Assembly (NCBI GenBank): GCA_938041455.1
Contig: CALITO010000008.1
Coordinates: forward strand, 206,319-270,318
Direction of reading: 5' to 3'
DNA length: 64,000 bases
Origin: an uncultured bacterium
GTDB lineage: Bacteria; Armatimonadota; JACIXR01
This document shows, in pieces, positions 1-10,289 of this stretch. Position numbers and translations under genes: made by a program. A model generated the notes under the pieces. It was not told the DNA's origin and made no database searches. It worked only from the letters and a program-made list of their open reading frames with translations. Position 1 is the first letter of the stretch. The number at the start of each line of letters is the position of its first letter.

Positions 1-93
1 TTCGTTAACACATTAAAAAAGGAGAGAAGAGAGTATATAGAGCGCTATCCGGGGCTTGCCGAAGAGATAGTAAAGGTAATAAACTCCGACTAA
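1..93 (+). CDS. 3' end of a gene entering the window (partial, unknown function)
   Basis: Frame 1 is open from base 1 (FVNTLKKERREYIERYPGLAEEIVKVINSD) to TAA at 91-93; convergent with the next gene. Confidence 0.55.
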   Translation, partial: FVNTLKKERREYIERYPGLAEEIVKVINSD

Positions 94-140
94 ATTCAAG
101 CAATGTAATCCTTTAATTGGACAAATAAGCGCCGGAGATT

Positions 141-3100
141 TCAGGGAGAGCGAAATTCACATTCTATAATGTTTCTCCTCGTGCTCTCCAATTTAATGAT
201 GACCATTCTCCACTCTTCAATATAGTGCCAACCTCTCTCTACTTCATCCAGAACCGAACTTTGTTCCAAAGTAACACCGTTTAATGTAATCTTGGAAAGC
301 GAGCCTTTATGAACCACCGTAAGGAAGGCATTTACTAAGTCACCTTCCTCCGTCTCTATGACGATTTTTCCCGGTTTATGGGTTGCTTTAAACTCGACTC
401 CTCCAGTTATGTGAACTTTACCCTCTGGGGTATCTAAAACTTTGAAGTGGATATCCAGGGGGTCACCGGACAACCAAAAGATATTACGGAGGATAAGAAT
501 AGGGGCGAGCCAGGGACTTGCGGGGTTATCGGGGATAAGTTCATAAGAATCAGGATATAAGCCTTTATAGGTTCCCTCCGTTGCTTGCTGTTCCATCGCC
601 GATTGAAGGATTAGGTTAGCTATATCCCGCCAGGGGAACGAATTGTCATACTGTGCGAGTAAACGAAGGGAATGTGCGTAAGCGAGGCCGTTCCATTGAA
701 CCGGCCGGGCAAACCAAGGTAGAACATGGAAAGTGGCACCAAAAATAGGTATAGTTGCCCCCAACATAACTCTTTCCCGCTCAGGTGCTTTCCATAAATA
801 AACGAAGGGCAGACCAGCCATTGCTAATTGCTTTGCTCTTTCTAAATAATGTTTGTTTTTGGTGATTTCGTAAGCATAGAGATAAGGAGTAATGGCTACC
901 GCCGAAGCGTAAATATCTGGAGCGTGAAGGGGGCATTCCCAGGTTTGAGCTCCCGCGGGAATGTAGAATTTATCCATAAATTGGAGCGCCGCTAATCCTC
1001 TCTGAAGTGCTTCTTCCTCTCCCGTTAATAGTGCCCAACGCAAAATATTCCCCGCTAAAGGAGCACATATCCCTATTTCTGTTTCCCCTTCTCTTCCTAA
1101 GGTTTTTCTCTTTTCATCTGGTTGGAAAACCCAAGCACCATCTTCCCTTTGGCTTTTCATAGCTTCTATCGCCATTGCCTTGGCATTTCTCAACGACTCC
1201 ACTAATCCACCTAGGCGGAAGGCCACCTCGAGTGAATTAGCAGGACTAGTGGAATGGAGCGTTCTCCTTGCCAGGGAAAGAACTTTTGCCTTCAAACTGG
1301 CATCCCCAATGTGGTTTGCTATCTTCAGGAGGGCAAAGGAAACGTTAACATCCAATTGATGGGGAACACCTGTCCAAGGTAGCCAGCCAAAAGCCTGTTC
1401 ATCCCATATAACATCTGTATAACAAAACGCACAAAGTTCCATCTCCTCAACAAGGGAACGAGAAAGCTTTGATTGAGGTAATCCAAAAGCCTTTTTCCAT
1501 TCATTAATTGAGGTGAGAACATCTTCCCCGTTTCTTATCGCTAACCTGCACACGAGTGTTAGTGGTTCTTTCGCTTTCGCAATGTAGGGAGGCTCCGCTC
1601 GCAAGGCGTTCTCTTTCACCCATTTCGGAATAGAGGGGATGAAAAGACTCAACAAGTGATTAGCTCCGCCTTCGATAAAGTTTGGAGAAGCGAAGAGAGC
1701 AGAGGGGAAATTATCCGAACCATTCCATTTTTGATTCTCATCCCAAAGAAGGGAAACGGTGCAATCAGATGAGGAAATAGACATAAGTGGAATAGTTATT
1801 TTGTAGGGATGAGGTGCCCAGCGGTCGGAAGCGGGAGGATTCACATCTCTCGTAGAAGAAGAGTGCTCGCTCCCCTGGAGAAACTCTAGCCCGGGAAATA
1901 GGGCGTATCTCTTCTCCTCACCCCAACTTCTTTCACCTACATACACACGAGGGAAGCGAAGCGCTGATAATGGGACATCTTTTGAGGGTATGCACTTCAA
2001 GGAAAGGACAAACTGCTGAGTGGAGAAATCCACCCCATAGCGAACTTCGAAGTCCCAGTCCACTCCACATCTTAACTTGCCCTTGAAGACAACTCCACTT
2101 CTGTATCTCGCGTAATTGTGAGAAAATGCTTCAGCGGTTGCACCTGCTGTTTCTAAAGAAAAAAGGGAAGGAATTATCGCTAAATCCTTCCATTTTCCTT
2201 CCTTTTTATATTGGAGGAGCACAACACCATAGCCTTGGGGAGTAAGTGGGAAAAAGAGACGAGCATTTGGCAGTTCCAGTGGAAGTCCCTTTTTATGTAA
2301 ATCGTCCATAACTATGAGTGGGAATTCACCCACGGATTTTATGCTCCCCGCTTGTAGTGTTGTTTTTACAGAGTAGAGCCCCGCTTTATTCAGGGTGGGA
2401 AGTTCAACATATAAGACTTCCTCCTTTCCTCTATCTATAGAAGGCAGAGGAAAACTGTTTTTGAAGCCGTGGGAAGCAACTATCAGGAAACCTCTTTCGG
2501 AGGCTTTTCTTCCCTCATTTCTAATGGTTATCTTTAACAGGGGCTTTTCCCCCACAAGGTAAAGTGGCCTGTGGGAAGTTATGGAAAGGGAAAGGCGGGC
2601 ACTGATTTGATAGGGAGCGGGAGTCAAGGAAACATTATCTATCAGAAAATGCCCTGCTCCCGCTGTTCCACTCTCGTTTATGCGGATACCTACAACTACC
2701 GCCTCCACATCGGGGTCATTTATAAAATCAAAACTTATACTTCCCTCATGCCATCTCTCGTCTCCGATGTGTGATAAGGGAATGAGAAACTTGGCTCTTC
2801 TTGGTGAGGTTTCCCTTCCCTCTTTATCAAGAGGGATAACGAAGACAGCGAGATTGTCCTTCCCCTTAGAGAAAATTGCCTTGTAAAAAAATCTCACTTC
2901 TCCCTTAAGGGAAGGGAGAGAAGCAGAGTTTAAAACAGCCATACCTTTATCTATAGTTTTTAATTCAACGGCATATTCTCCCTCATAAGATAGGGGAGAT
3001 ATGTTGACAAAGACATCCTTACCCAACTCCCCTCTTATCGCTCCCGCCGACCAATAGGTGGGAAAACCTTGCTGAATTTCCTCAAAAGTGCCGTTAGGTG

Positions 3101-3167
3101 GGAGCCGGGAGGCGTGAAGGGTTAGGAGTGGCGTCAAAAGTAAAAGTAGAAACCAATGGACGGACAC
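141..3167 (-). CDS. Large secreted hypothetical protein; N-terminal CBM-like and Ig/CARDB-like domains, C-terminal (alpha/alpha) barrel, possibly glycosidase-like
   Basis: 1008-aa ORF, GGAGG RBS, hydrophobic signal peptide, 'ITIRNEG..G.Y.V' Ig-like segment, helical 'YLYAYEITKNKHYLERAKQLA' repeat typical of six-hairpin folds. Confidence 0.6.
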   Translation of the reverse strand: MSVHWFLLLLLTPLLTLHASRLPPNGTFEEIQQGFPTYWSAGAIRGELGKDVFVNISPLSYEGEYAVELKTIDKGMAVLNSASLPSLKGEVRFFYKAIFSKGKDNLAVFVIPLDKEGRETSPRRAKFLIPLSHIGDERWHEGSISFDFINDPDVEAVVVGIRINESGTAGAGHFLIDNVSLTPAPYQISARLSLSITSHRPLYLVGEKPLLKITIRNEGRKASERGFLIVASHGFKNSFPLPSIDRGKEEVLYVELPTLNKAGLYSVKTTLQAGSIKSVGEFPLIVMDDLHKKGLPLELPNARLFFPLTPQGYGVVLLQYKKEGKWKDLAIIPSLFSLETAGATAEAFSHNYARYRSGVVFKGKLRCGVDWDFEVRYGVDFSTQQFVLSLKCIPSKDVPLSALRFPRVYVGERSWGEEKRYALFPGLEFLQGSEHSSSTRDVNPPASDRWAPHPYKITIPLMSISSSDCTVSLLWDENQKWNGSDNFPSALFASPNFIEGGANHLLSLFIPSIPKWVKENALRAEPPYIAKAKEPLTLVCRLAIRNGEDVLTSINEWKKAFGLPQSKLSRSLVEEMELCAFCYTDVIWDEQAFGWLPWTGVPHQLDVNVSFALLKIANHIGDASLKAKVLSLARRTLHSTSPANSLEVAFRLGGLVESLRNAKAMAIEAMKSQREDGAWVFQPDEKRKTLGREGETEIGICAPLAGNILRWALLTGEEEALQRGLAALQFMDKFYIPAGAQTWECPLHAPDIYASAVAITPYLYAYEITKNKHYLERAKQLAMAGLPFVYLWKAPERERVMLGATIPIFGATFHVLPWFARPVQWNGLAYAHSLRLLAQYDNSFPWRDIANLILQSAMEQQATEGTYKGLYPDSYELIPDNPASPWLAPILILRNIFWLSGDPLDIHFKVLDTPEGKVHITGGVEFKATHKPGKIVIETEEGDLVNAFLTVVHKGSLSKITLNGVTLEQSSVLDEVERGWHYIEEWRMVIIKLESTRRNIIECEFRSP

Positions 3168-3182
3168 ATTGTATCCCTCCTT

Positions 3183-4097
3183 CTAATACAATTTTATCTT
3201 CTTCAGGTATAAATCGTGAGAACCATCTTTCACGGTGTATTCGTAGTATAAATAAATTGTGTCTTTGAATACAAATGAAGAAATGTAGCGCATCGAGTTG
3301 CTCGCATAGGGTGATGTGAATAAGGGGTAACCGAGTTTTTGAAAATGCAAAAGGTCAAAAGAGAAAGCAAGACTCGCCTTCTCCTCCCTACTCTGCTCCG
3401 GTCGTTCTCTCCCATCCCAAAAAGCTAAGAAAAGAGGAGGGAGGTAAATTATGGAGGTTATACGGGCGCAATTAGCGTCCCATTTCTCCCCAGGGGATAG
3501 CACTTCCTTCACCCAACGAAAACTCTCTCCATCATCGCTCAGAAGTAAAGCAGTCCTCTCGTCCCATTTTTCACTTTTTGGGCTAAAGCAGACGAAGAGA
3601 TAAAAAATGTTGCCAACCAGGATAAGGAAAGGGTCCTTCAAAGAAGCAACACCGAAATATTCGGGCTCAAGAATCTTTTTCCGCTCGTTTATATTGAATG
3701 CGTCGGGCTTATCTGCTACGAATAAATCTATCTTCCAGCGCCTATCTGTTGCGTCCTCATATGATACATAAAATCTCCATACTCCCTTCGGGTCCTTGAC
3801 AAGCGATGTCCCCTCTACAGAGTTCGCATTTAAGTCTCGCTTTGTAAGTTCCCAGATAATCCGGAAGTTCAGGGAATCTTTACTCTCCCCTATTACGCAT
3901 TTATAGCCTCTCTCTTCGGGTGAGCGAAGTCTATAGGAGATGTAGAAATTTGAAGATTGGGGGTCAAAGAGCGAGCTGGCTGCGCCTGCCCAGAAACCTA
4001 CACCCCGCCCCTCGGCCGTAGCCACCAATTCTCCCTCCTCGGGATTAAAAATTGGAAGAACCCCCAACCAGCGAAGTTCTTGTCCAAAAATATGCAT
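3183..4097 (-). CDS. Five-bladed beta-propeller glycoside hydrolase-like protein (GH32/43/130-like fold)
   Basis: 304 aa; repeated blade motifs ('SLKDPFLI..G..FYLF', 'LLSDDGESFRW', 'AFSFDLLHFQK'); start overlaps the upstream stop by 1 nt. Confidence 0.6.
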   Translation of the reverse strand: MHIFGQELRWLGVLPIFNPEEGELVATAEGRGVGFWAGAASSLFDPQSSNFYISYRLRSPEERGYKCVIGESKDSLNFRIIWELTKRDLNANSVEGTSLVKDPKGVWRFYVSYEDATDRRWKIDLFVADKPDAFNINERKKILEPEYFGVASLKDPFLILVGNIFYLFVCFSPKSEKWDERTALLLSDDGESFRWVKEVLSPGEKWDANCARITSIIYLPPLFLAFWDGRERPEQSREEKASLAFSFDLLHFQKLGYPLFTSPYASNSMRYISSFVFKDTIYLYYEYTVKDGSHDLYLKKIKLY

Positions 4098-4657
4098 TAG
4101 CCTAAACCCCCTTTTCCTAAAAAGAATTTTAAAACAAAAAGTAAAATAAGTAAGAGGGAGAAAGCGAAGCTTCGCAATTCATTGTTCTCCTTTACTCTTG
4201 ACCAACTGAACGCTCCTTTAGATAAAATGAATCTTGCTTTTGGCAAGGGAAGAAAAGCGGGAACAGAGTTCTTATAAAAGAGGTATTCTTTACCAAACTT
4301 TCTCTGGAGGAATTCTTCCTCCGATTTTATAGTGGGTATATAAACGAGGGCAAAAAGAAGTAGATAGATAGGCAAAATAATATAAAACAAACCCGAGAGA
4401 AAACAAATTCCTATCCCGATGACGAAACTGCCAAGATAAAGGGGGTTTCTGGTATAAGCATAGGGACCGCTGGTTGTAAGAAGTTCATTTTTGACGATAT
4501 AACCTGCGGAGAGCAACCTTATCCCTTCTCCAAGAATGACCAAGCCTGCGCCTACCAAAAGACCCCAAAGAGAGGGCTTGGCAAATATAAAACACAATAA
4601 AGGGAAAAGGAGGTGAAAGAATGTCCTTCTCTGAGCTATATGCTCTATGAGTCTCAT
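4097..4657 (-). CDS. Isoprenylcysteine carboxyl methyltransferase (ICMT/PEMT) family membrane methyltransferase; LmtA-like candidate
   Basis: 'LTTSGPYAYTRNPLYLG' and 'EEEFL..KFG..Y..Y...VP.FLP' motifs; several TM helices; ATGA overlap with lpxB. Confidence 0.85.
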   Translation of the reverse strand: MRLIEHIAQRRTFFHLLFPLLCFIFAKPSLWGLLVGAGLVILGEGIRLLSAGYIVKNELLTTSGPYAYTRNPLYLGSFVIGIGICFLSGLFYIILPIYLLLFALVYIPTIKSEEEFLQRKFGKEYLFYKNSVPAFLPLPKARFILSKGAFSWSRVKENNELRSFAFSLLLILLFVLKFFLGKGGLG

Positions 4658-5838
4658 TTTCGCCTTGCCATTTCCCTGACAAAAATCGCGGTCCTTTTAA
4701 AAGTTCCCTTTTCACCTAAATTACCCTTTATCTCCTTAAAAAGTTGAAACTGCCTACTTCTCACATCCTCGTTTATTAGCAATTGCAGAGCCAGGTTCGC
4801 TAAGAGGGGTGGAATCGCTTGTTCTTGGATTAACTCGGGGAACTCCTTTCTCCCCAATATTATGTTGGGAAGAGAAACATAGGGAAACCGCAAACGCCGC
4901 AAATGGTATTCAAGATGAGTTAAGGGAGAGCCCTTGTAAATGATGAGCATGGGGGTTTCTAATATAGCTGCTTCTAAAGTTGCAGTGCCGGAGGCAACTA
5001 TAAGAGCATCGGAGGCGTTCATAACCCTCCAGGATTGTCCTTCTCTAAGATAAACTGTGTAGCCATCACCTCTCAGAGAATTACGAGACATTTCCCAACC
5101 CCGAGGGAGACAATTTTTGAGAGATTGTAGCGCGCCCTCCGGCGGGGCAAGGACAAATTGGAGCATAGGGATATGTTTTTTGAGAAAGGGAACTGCTCTA
5201 AGTATGGTAGGGAGGATGTAGCGGAGTTCCTGCTCCCGGCTTCCCGGGAGAAGTCCGAGAGTGGGGACTTCTTTCAAGCCGAGTCCAGCCCTTGCTATTT
5301 CCTTCTCTTCCTTCTCTAATATGTCCAAGAGAGGATGTCCAAAGAAATAGGCTTCCACTCCCTCCTCCTGGAGTGCCTTTTGGTTCCAGGGGAAAATGCA
5401 TATCACCTTGTCAGCTGCCTTTTTGAGATGGTGGACACTCCTACCTACTTCTCTTCTCCAAGAGCCGGGCGGGATAAAGTAAAGAACAGGTATACCTCTC
5501 TTCTTTGCCCATTTCCCCAGGCGAAGATTAAAGGCGCCGAAGTCCACCAGCAAAAGGACATCAGGAGGATTCCGGGAAAGAGAAATTTTCACTTTGGTAT
5601 AGGCGGTGAGGAAAAAAGGAACCACTTTAAGTGCTTCCACAACACCGATTGCTCCCTTAGGGGAGGAATAAACAAGCAAGGAAACCCCTGCTTTTGCCAT
5701 ATTATATCCCCCCATTCCCCACATCTTTGCCCCGGGTATCTCCTCAGCAATTGCTTTTGCCAGGTAAGAGGCGTAAAGGTCGCCAGAAGTTTCTCCCACG
5801 GAGAGGAAAATCTTAGCTTCTTCTTGCCAAACGCTCAA
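4654..5838 (-). CDS. lpxB: Lipid-A-disaccharide synthase
   Basis: 'GETSGD', 'LLPGSR.QE', 'ASGTATLEAA', 'SLPNII...FPELIQ' motifs. Confidence 0.95.
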   Translation of the reverse strand: MSVWQEEAKIFLSVGETSGDLYASYLAKAIAEEIPGAKMWGMGGYNMAKAGVSLLVYSSPKGAIGVVEALKVVPFFLTAYTKVKISLSRNPPDVLLLVDFGAFNLRLGKWAKKRGIPVLYFIPPGSWRREVGRSVHHLKKAADKVICIFPWNQKALQEEGVEAYFFGHPLLDILEKEEKEIARAGLGLKEVPTLGLLPGSREQELRYILPTILRAVPFLKKHIPMLQFVLAPPEGALQSLKNCLPRGWEMSRNSLRGDGYTVYLREGQSWRVMNASDALIVASGTATLEAAILETPMLIIYKGSPLTHLEYHLRRLRFPYVSLPNIILGRKEFPELIQEQAIPPLLANLALQLLINEDVRSRQFQLFKEIKGNLGEKGTFKRTAIFVREMARRK

Positions 5839-6625
5839 GTTGCCTTCCCGCTCGGCTTTGCCTCATAGCATCTAAGAATTCCAATAACCTCTTTAATTCC
5901 TCGCTTTGATTTGGTATCTCCTTCTCGACCTTCTTGATACCCTTACCCAAGGGCAGTTTTGAGTGGAAGAGGATGATGTAAGCTTTCTTGAGCTGGTTTC
6001 GCACGGGAAGAGGGATGCCAGCCCTTCGTAGACCTACTTTATTATGACCTACTACCTTAGCTGGTCTTCCATCTACCATCATAAAGGGTGGAACATCCTG
6101 AACAACTTTAGAATACCCCCCGACCATCGCAAGTCGCCCTACCGTAACCCACTGGTGAACACCTACTATACCCCCGAAGTTCGCTCCATCCTCTATGACT
6201 ACATGCCCGCTTATCCCCACATAATTGGACATAACCACATTATTCCCCACCTTGCAATTGTGACCTATATGGCTATAGGCCATCAAAAGGTTATTATCGC
6301 CTATTTCAGTGCACCCTTCTCCCAAAGCTCTGTGAATCGTCACGAATTCCCGTATGATATTGTTATTCCCGATTATAACGGAGGTTTTTTCCCCTTTATA
6401 GTGCGAATCCTGGGGGGGAGCGCCGATAACTGCCCCGGGGAATATCTGACAATTTTTCCCGATAATAACATTTTCCATAATGATGGCGTGGGTGTGGATA
6501 TGGGTTCCTTCCCCTATTCTCACATAGGGACCTATGTAGGCATAAGCTTCTACTATAACGCCGGGTTCTATAATCGCCGTGGGATGTATTACTGCTGTAG
6601 GATGAACCATGGTGTTAAGTTCCAT
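5813..6625 (-). CDS. lpxA: Acyl-ACP--UDP-N-acetylglucosamine O-acyltransferase
   Basis: Hexapeptide repeats, 'PPQD..YKGE', 'IREFVTIHR', 'MAYSHIGHNC', 'VHQW', 'QDVPPF'. Confidence 0.95.
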   Translation of the reverse strand: MELNTMVHPTAVIHPTAIIEPGVIVEAYAYIGPYVRIGEGTHIHTHAIIMENVIIGKNCQIFPGAVIGAPPQDSHYKGEKTSVIIGNNNIIREFVTIHRALGEGCTEIGDNNLLMAYSHIGHNCKVGNNVVMSNYVGISGHVVIEDGANFGGIVGVHQWVTVGRLAMVGGYSKVVQDVPPFMMVDGRPAKVVGHNKVGLRRAGIPLPVRNQLKKAYIILFHSKLPLGKGIKKVEKEIPNQSEELKRLLEFLDAMRQSRAGRQLERLARRS

Positions 6626-6639
6626 CTCCCTTCACCTAC

Positions 6640-7116
6640 CTAAGGAGATACCTTCTCTACTTCTTCATATGGTTCTTCTCTTTCCACCAGCATAAAAAGG
6701 AATTCTCCTTCCGCTACTAATTTGTTATCAACCTTCGCTACCGCTTTCACCTTTCCCGCATTACCTTTGGTCTTAAGAACTTCCACCTCCATTATGAGAG
6801 TGTCTCCCGGATGCACTGGATTACGAAACCGCACCTTGTCCATTCCTCCGAAGTAGGCGAGCTTTCCCTCGTTACCCGTCATAGAGAGAAGGAGAACACC
6901 ACCCACCTGTGCCATGGCCTCTAAAATAAGCACACCGGGCATAATAGGTCGTCCAGGGAAATGCCCTTGAAAGAATGGTTCGTTTATGGTGACATTCTTT
7001 AACCCTACCGCTCTCCTTCCTGGTTCTATCTCAAGAACGCGGTCTATGAGAAGAAAGGGGTATCTATGAGGTAGGATTTTCAAGATGTCGTGTGTCTTCA
7101 TACTTAAATTATCCAC
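6640..7116 (-). CDS. fabZ: 3-hydroxyacyl-ACP dehydratase
   Basis: '[13 protein letters not shown]', '[25 protein letters not shown]'. Confidence 0.97.
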   Translation of the reverse strand: MDNLSMKTHDILKILPHRYPFLLIDRVLEIEPGRRAVGLKNVTINEPFFQGHFPGRPIMPGVLILEAMAQVGGVLLLSMTGNEGKLAYFGGMDKVRFRNPVHPGDTLIMEVEVLKTKGNAGKVKAVAKVDNKLVAEGEFLFMLVEREEPYEEVEKVSP

Positions 7117-7955
7117 CTCCTTATATTCATCTTAGAGGAAAGTTGTCTGACTAATTCTAAGTGGAGGGTGTGGCTTGCTTTTATTGCGAGGATATGACAC
7201 TTGGGGTAAAAACCCAAAAGGGAGAGATCTCCAATAAGGTCCAAGATTTTATGCCTGACTAGTTCGTTCTCAAACCTCAGAGGTGTTGCCGGTCCATCCT
7301 TGGTTATCAAGAGGGCATTTTCCAATGAACCACCCAAGGCGTATCCGTTCCTCAACAAAGTTTCCACCTCGTAATCAAAGCCGAAGGTTCTCGCCGGTGC
7401 TATCTCTCTCTCAAAAACATCTTCCGTTATAACAAAGGAAGCGATCTGCTCACTGGCGTAGGAATGATTATAATCCACAAAGTAAGTTATGCGAAGCCGC
7501 GGCGAAGGCACAGCCACAATATGTGCCTCTCCCTTCCTTACCCAAACACCTTCCTTCAAACTTGCAACTTTTCTCCTTTCTCCCTGTCTGATTATTCCGC
7601 CATCCTTTAGAAGAGCAACTAAAGGAGCAGAGCTACCATCTAAAGCGGGAATTTCTTCTCCCTCCATCTCTATCAGGGCATTATCTATCCCCATTCCCCA
7701 TAACCCAGCTAAGAGGTGTTCCACGGTGGAGATGGTAATACCGTCTTTTCCCAAAGTCACGCACCTTTGAGCGGAGTGAACATTTTCTACAGAGGCTTTC
7801 AAAAAAATGGGGGGATTAACATCTACTCTAAGGAACACTATGCCGCTGTTTGGTTCCGCGGGGTGAATAGTAAGTGATGCCTGTTTCCCTGTATGTAAGC
7901 CGTTTCCCTCTATCCGGATAGGTTTCCCAACCGTCTGTTGTTGCATCTCTTTCAA
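7104..7955 (-). CDS. lpxC: UDP-3-O-acyl-N-acetylglucosamine deacetylase
   Basis: 'G.GLHTG', 'TVEHLLA', 'DGSS', 'IAPARTFGF', '[11 protein letters not shown]'. Confidence 0.96.
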   Translation of the reverse strand: MKEMQQQTVGKPIRIEGNGLHTGKQASLTIHPAEPNSGIVFLRVDVNPPIFLKASVENVHSAQRCVTLGKDGITISTVEHLLAGLWGMGIDNALIEMEGEEIPALDGSSAPLVALLKDGGIIRQGERRKVASLKEGVWVRKGEAHIVAVPSPRLRITYFVDYNHSYASEQIASFVITEDVFEREIAPARTFGFDYEVETLLRNGYALGGSLENALLITKDGPATPLRFENELVRHKILDLIGDLSLLGFYPKCHILAIKASHTLHLELVRQLSSKMNIRRWII

Positions 7956-8584
7956 AAACCTATCTTGAAATATATTGCTCCGCTGAGGTTTCCCTCCAGG
8001 GAGAAGACCTCTATCTCCACGAGTGGGAGCACCTGCATTCCCAAGCCGAAATTGACCTTTTTATTAGCATACTCCCCCATCAACCTACTGTTTTCGGAGA
8101 TAGGCACAACGAAGCCGGCAAACACGCCATCTATAACTTTGCCGGAGGATATGCCTACACTCACTTGCGGAGAGCCGAAGGGCAGGCCTGCTGTCTTGGT
8201 AGCTACCCGGGCTACTGATATAGTCTTTGTGGCCACAGCGTAAACGGAGTTGCCTATCTCGTCCGTTAAATCCACCACGCCCACAGCGATAGCAGGTAGG
8301 GCGATTCCCTCTTGGAGAAGAACAATTTTACCGTTAAGAAGAGTGTGCGAAGTCTTGTTGCTCACACGAGAAGCAGATACCTCCCAATTTGGGAAAAGTC
8401 CCACACATCCTCCAGCGGTATTTAAATCCTTTGAAACGCTTCCAATAAGGACTACGCCAGCCGGTTTTATTGCCTCCGCTGTGGGGGCGGTGAATATCCC
8501 GGAGTAACCGTAAATAGTGGGCTGGGCAGAAAAGCAAAAGCTCACCGCCACCAATAAAAGAAAGGCTATCAGTAACTTTTTCAT
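7952..8584 (-). CDS. YjbH-like small outer-membrane beta-barrel protein
   Basis: Signal peptide, '[12 protein letters not shown]' start, 'PAIAVGV.D' motif, amphipathic strands, C-terminal 'YFKIGF' beta-signal. Confidence 0.65.
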   Translation of the reverse strand: MKKLLIAFLLLVAVSFCFSAQPTIYGYSGIFTAPTAEAIKPAGVVLIGSVSKDLNTAGGCVGLFPNWEVSASRVSNKTSHTLLNGKIVLLQEGIALPAIAVGVVDLTDEIGNSVYAVATKTISVARVATKTAGLPFGSPQVSVGISSGKVIDGVFAGFVVPISENSRLMGEYANKKVNFGLGMQVLPLVEIEVFSLEGNLSGAIYFKIGF

Positions 8585-9609
8585 TTCTCTCCTCCTTTCT
8601 CCAGTTTGTCAATTTTCTTTTTGATTTCCTCCAAGTTCTTCACTATCTCGGGTAGACGCTGGAGGAGGGCGAGAACCCGCATCTGCTGGGCGTGAGGGCG
8701 AGCGGGGTAGCCCGAGTAGATGCTATCGGGTGGAACATTTCCTATAACACCCGCTTGAGCAGCTATGATTGCGTTATCTCCAATCTCTATATGGTCGGCT
8801 ATGCCCGCTTGCCCAGCTAAAGTTACATTCTTACCTACCTTAACGCTTCCCGATATCCCTACCTGCGCCACTATTATGCTATTCTCCCCAATATCCACAT
8901 TATGGGCAATTTGAACAAGGTTATCTATCTTCGTCCCCTTCCCTATCCTCGTCTCCCCTAAAGTTGCCCTATCTATCGTGGTATTAGCCCCTATCTCCAC
9001 ATCTTCCTCAATGACGACCTTACCTATATGAGGAATTTTGAGATGCTTACCTCCCTCCTGGACATAACCGAAACCATCTGCTCCTATAACAGCTCCCGAG
9101 TGAACTATACAATTATCCCCAATCTCCACATTATCGTAGATTGTGACCTGGGCATAAAGTAAGACATTGCACCCTATCTTGCAATTTTCTCCGATATAAC
9201 TCAAAGGATAAATCACCGTGCCATCACCTATCTCGGAATTAGATCCTATATAACAGAATGCCCCGATGTATACCGCTTCTCCCAACTTTACCCCTTCCTC
9301 TATAATGGCTGTAGGGTGTATGCTCGGCTGGGGTTTTCTTCTCCAGGAGAATAGTTCCAGAGCCTTTATTAGTGCCAAGCGAGGACTGGGGACATATATC
9401 GCGTTCTTATCTGTTTCCCATCCTTCCTTTAACAAAAGAGCAGAAGCACCGCTCCTTTCCGCAATAGGAAGCAGCTTCTCCTCATCCACAAAGGCAAGGT
9501 CGCCTTCCCTTGCCTTCTCTAAGGGAGCAAACCTATAGAGGACGATGTGGGGATCACCCTTTAAGGAGCCACCCACATACTTCGCTATCTCCCTTAGGGT
9601 AAAGGGCAT
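8581..9609 (-). CDS. lpxD: UDP-3-O-(3-hydroxyacyl)glucosamine N-acyltransferase
   Basis: 'IGADGFGY', '[11 protein letters not shown]', '[14 protein letters not shown]', hexapeptide repeats. Confidence 0.96.
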   Translation of the reverse strand: MPFTLREIAKYVGGSLKGDPHIVLYRFAPLEKAREGDLAFVDEEKLLPIAERSGASALLLKEGWETDKNAIYVPSPRLALIKALELFSWRRKPQPSIHPTAIIEEGVKLGEAVYIGAFCYIGSNSEIGDGTVIYPLSYIGENCKIGCNVLLYAQVTIYDNVEIGDNCIVHSGAVIGADGFGYVQEGGKHLKIPHIGKVVIEEDVEIGANTTIDRATLGETRIGKGTKIDNLVQIAHNVDIGENSIIVAQVGISGSVKVGKNVTLAGQAGIADHIEIGDNAIIAAQAGVIGNVPPDSIYSGYPARPHAQQMRVLALLQRLPEIVKNLEEIKKKIDKLEKGGEK

Positions 9610-10289
9610 CTGCGCTTCACCTCTTCCAAAATCCTCTCATATTTCACCATCGCTTTTGTGAAGACCTCTTTCTCCTTCTCTATATCCTGGCTTATTTCTA
9701 AGCCTATTTTTCGGAGCTCTTCCTCAACCTTGCCTTTGTCCAGGGTAGGAACAAAACTTATGAGAATTGGTGATTTCCACCAAAATTGGGGAAGTGCGGG
9801 TGGAGGTGGTAGGACGATTTCTTCCTTCGCAGGGAGGGGGGGAGGGAGGGAAGAGGGGGGTGCCTCCCACTGAGAAATAAGGGCTTGAAAAGCAGAGGAG
9901 AGTCGGCTTTCTGCTTCCCTTGCCTCCTCGGGTTTTCTTCCTACTTCTCCAATGAGAGCCTTCAAGCGGAGGTTAAAAAGGACAGGAGCATTTTCCTCCC
10001 GCCATTCCTCTATCTGTTGGGCGATTATTCTCCATCTACTTTCCATTGCCTCTTGGGGAGCTTCCTTTTGCGTATTTTTCCACTCCCTTACCTTCTCAAA
10101 TTCCTTGATAAACAATTCATAACCTGTTTCTCTCTTCTCCTTAGCCTGTGCAACAAGGCATTCATATAGAACAGTTACCCCCTGGGAGAAAGCAAAATCC
10201 CCCAGAGTTAAGAGAAACCAAACCAAGAAAAGGCTTCCCCTACTTGTTAATGGCTTTGATGACCTCAGCAGTGATATCAACTCCGCCAA
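9594..10289 (-). CDS. Hypothetical exported coiled-coil protein, possibly a divergent OmpH-like paralogue (true start may be TTG near 10226)
   Basis: Sits between ompH and lpxD, overlapping both; hydrophobic N-terminus, helical body, proline-rich linker. Confidence 0.5.
   Translation of the reverse strand: MAELISLLRSSKPLTSRGSLFLVWFLLTLGDFAFSQGVTVLYECLVAQAKEKRETGYELFIKEFEKVREWKNTQKEAPQEAMESRWRIIAQQIEEWREENAPVLFNLRLKALIGEVGRKPEEAREAESRLSSAFQALISQWEAPPSSLPPPLPAKEEIVLPPPPALPQFWWKSPILISFVPTLDKGKVEEELRKIGLEISQDIEKEKEVFTKAMVKYERILEEVKRRCPLP

Noticed and set aside
5335..6643. Long antisense ORFs (5335-5868, 6044-6643) and similar ones such as 35836-36354, 39380-39904, 45707-46384, 59589-60080
   Set aside because: They shadow well-supported genes on the opposite strand or in another frame and show no recognisable motifs.
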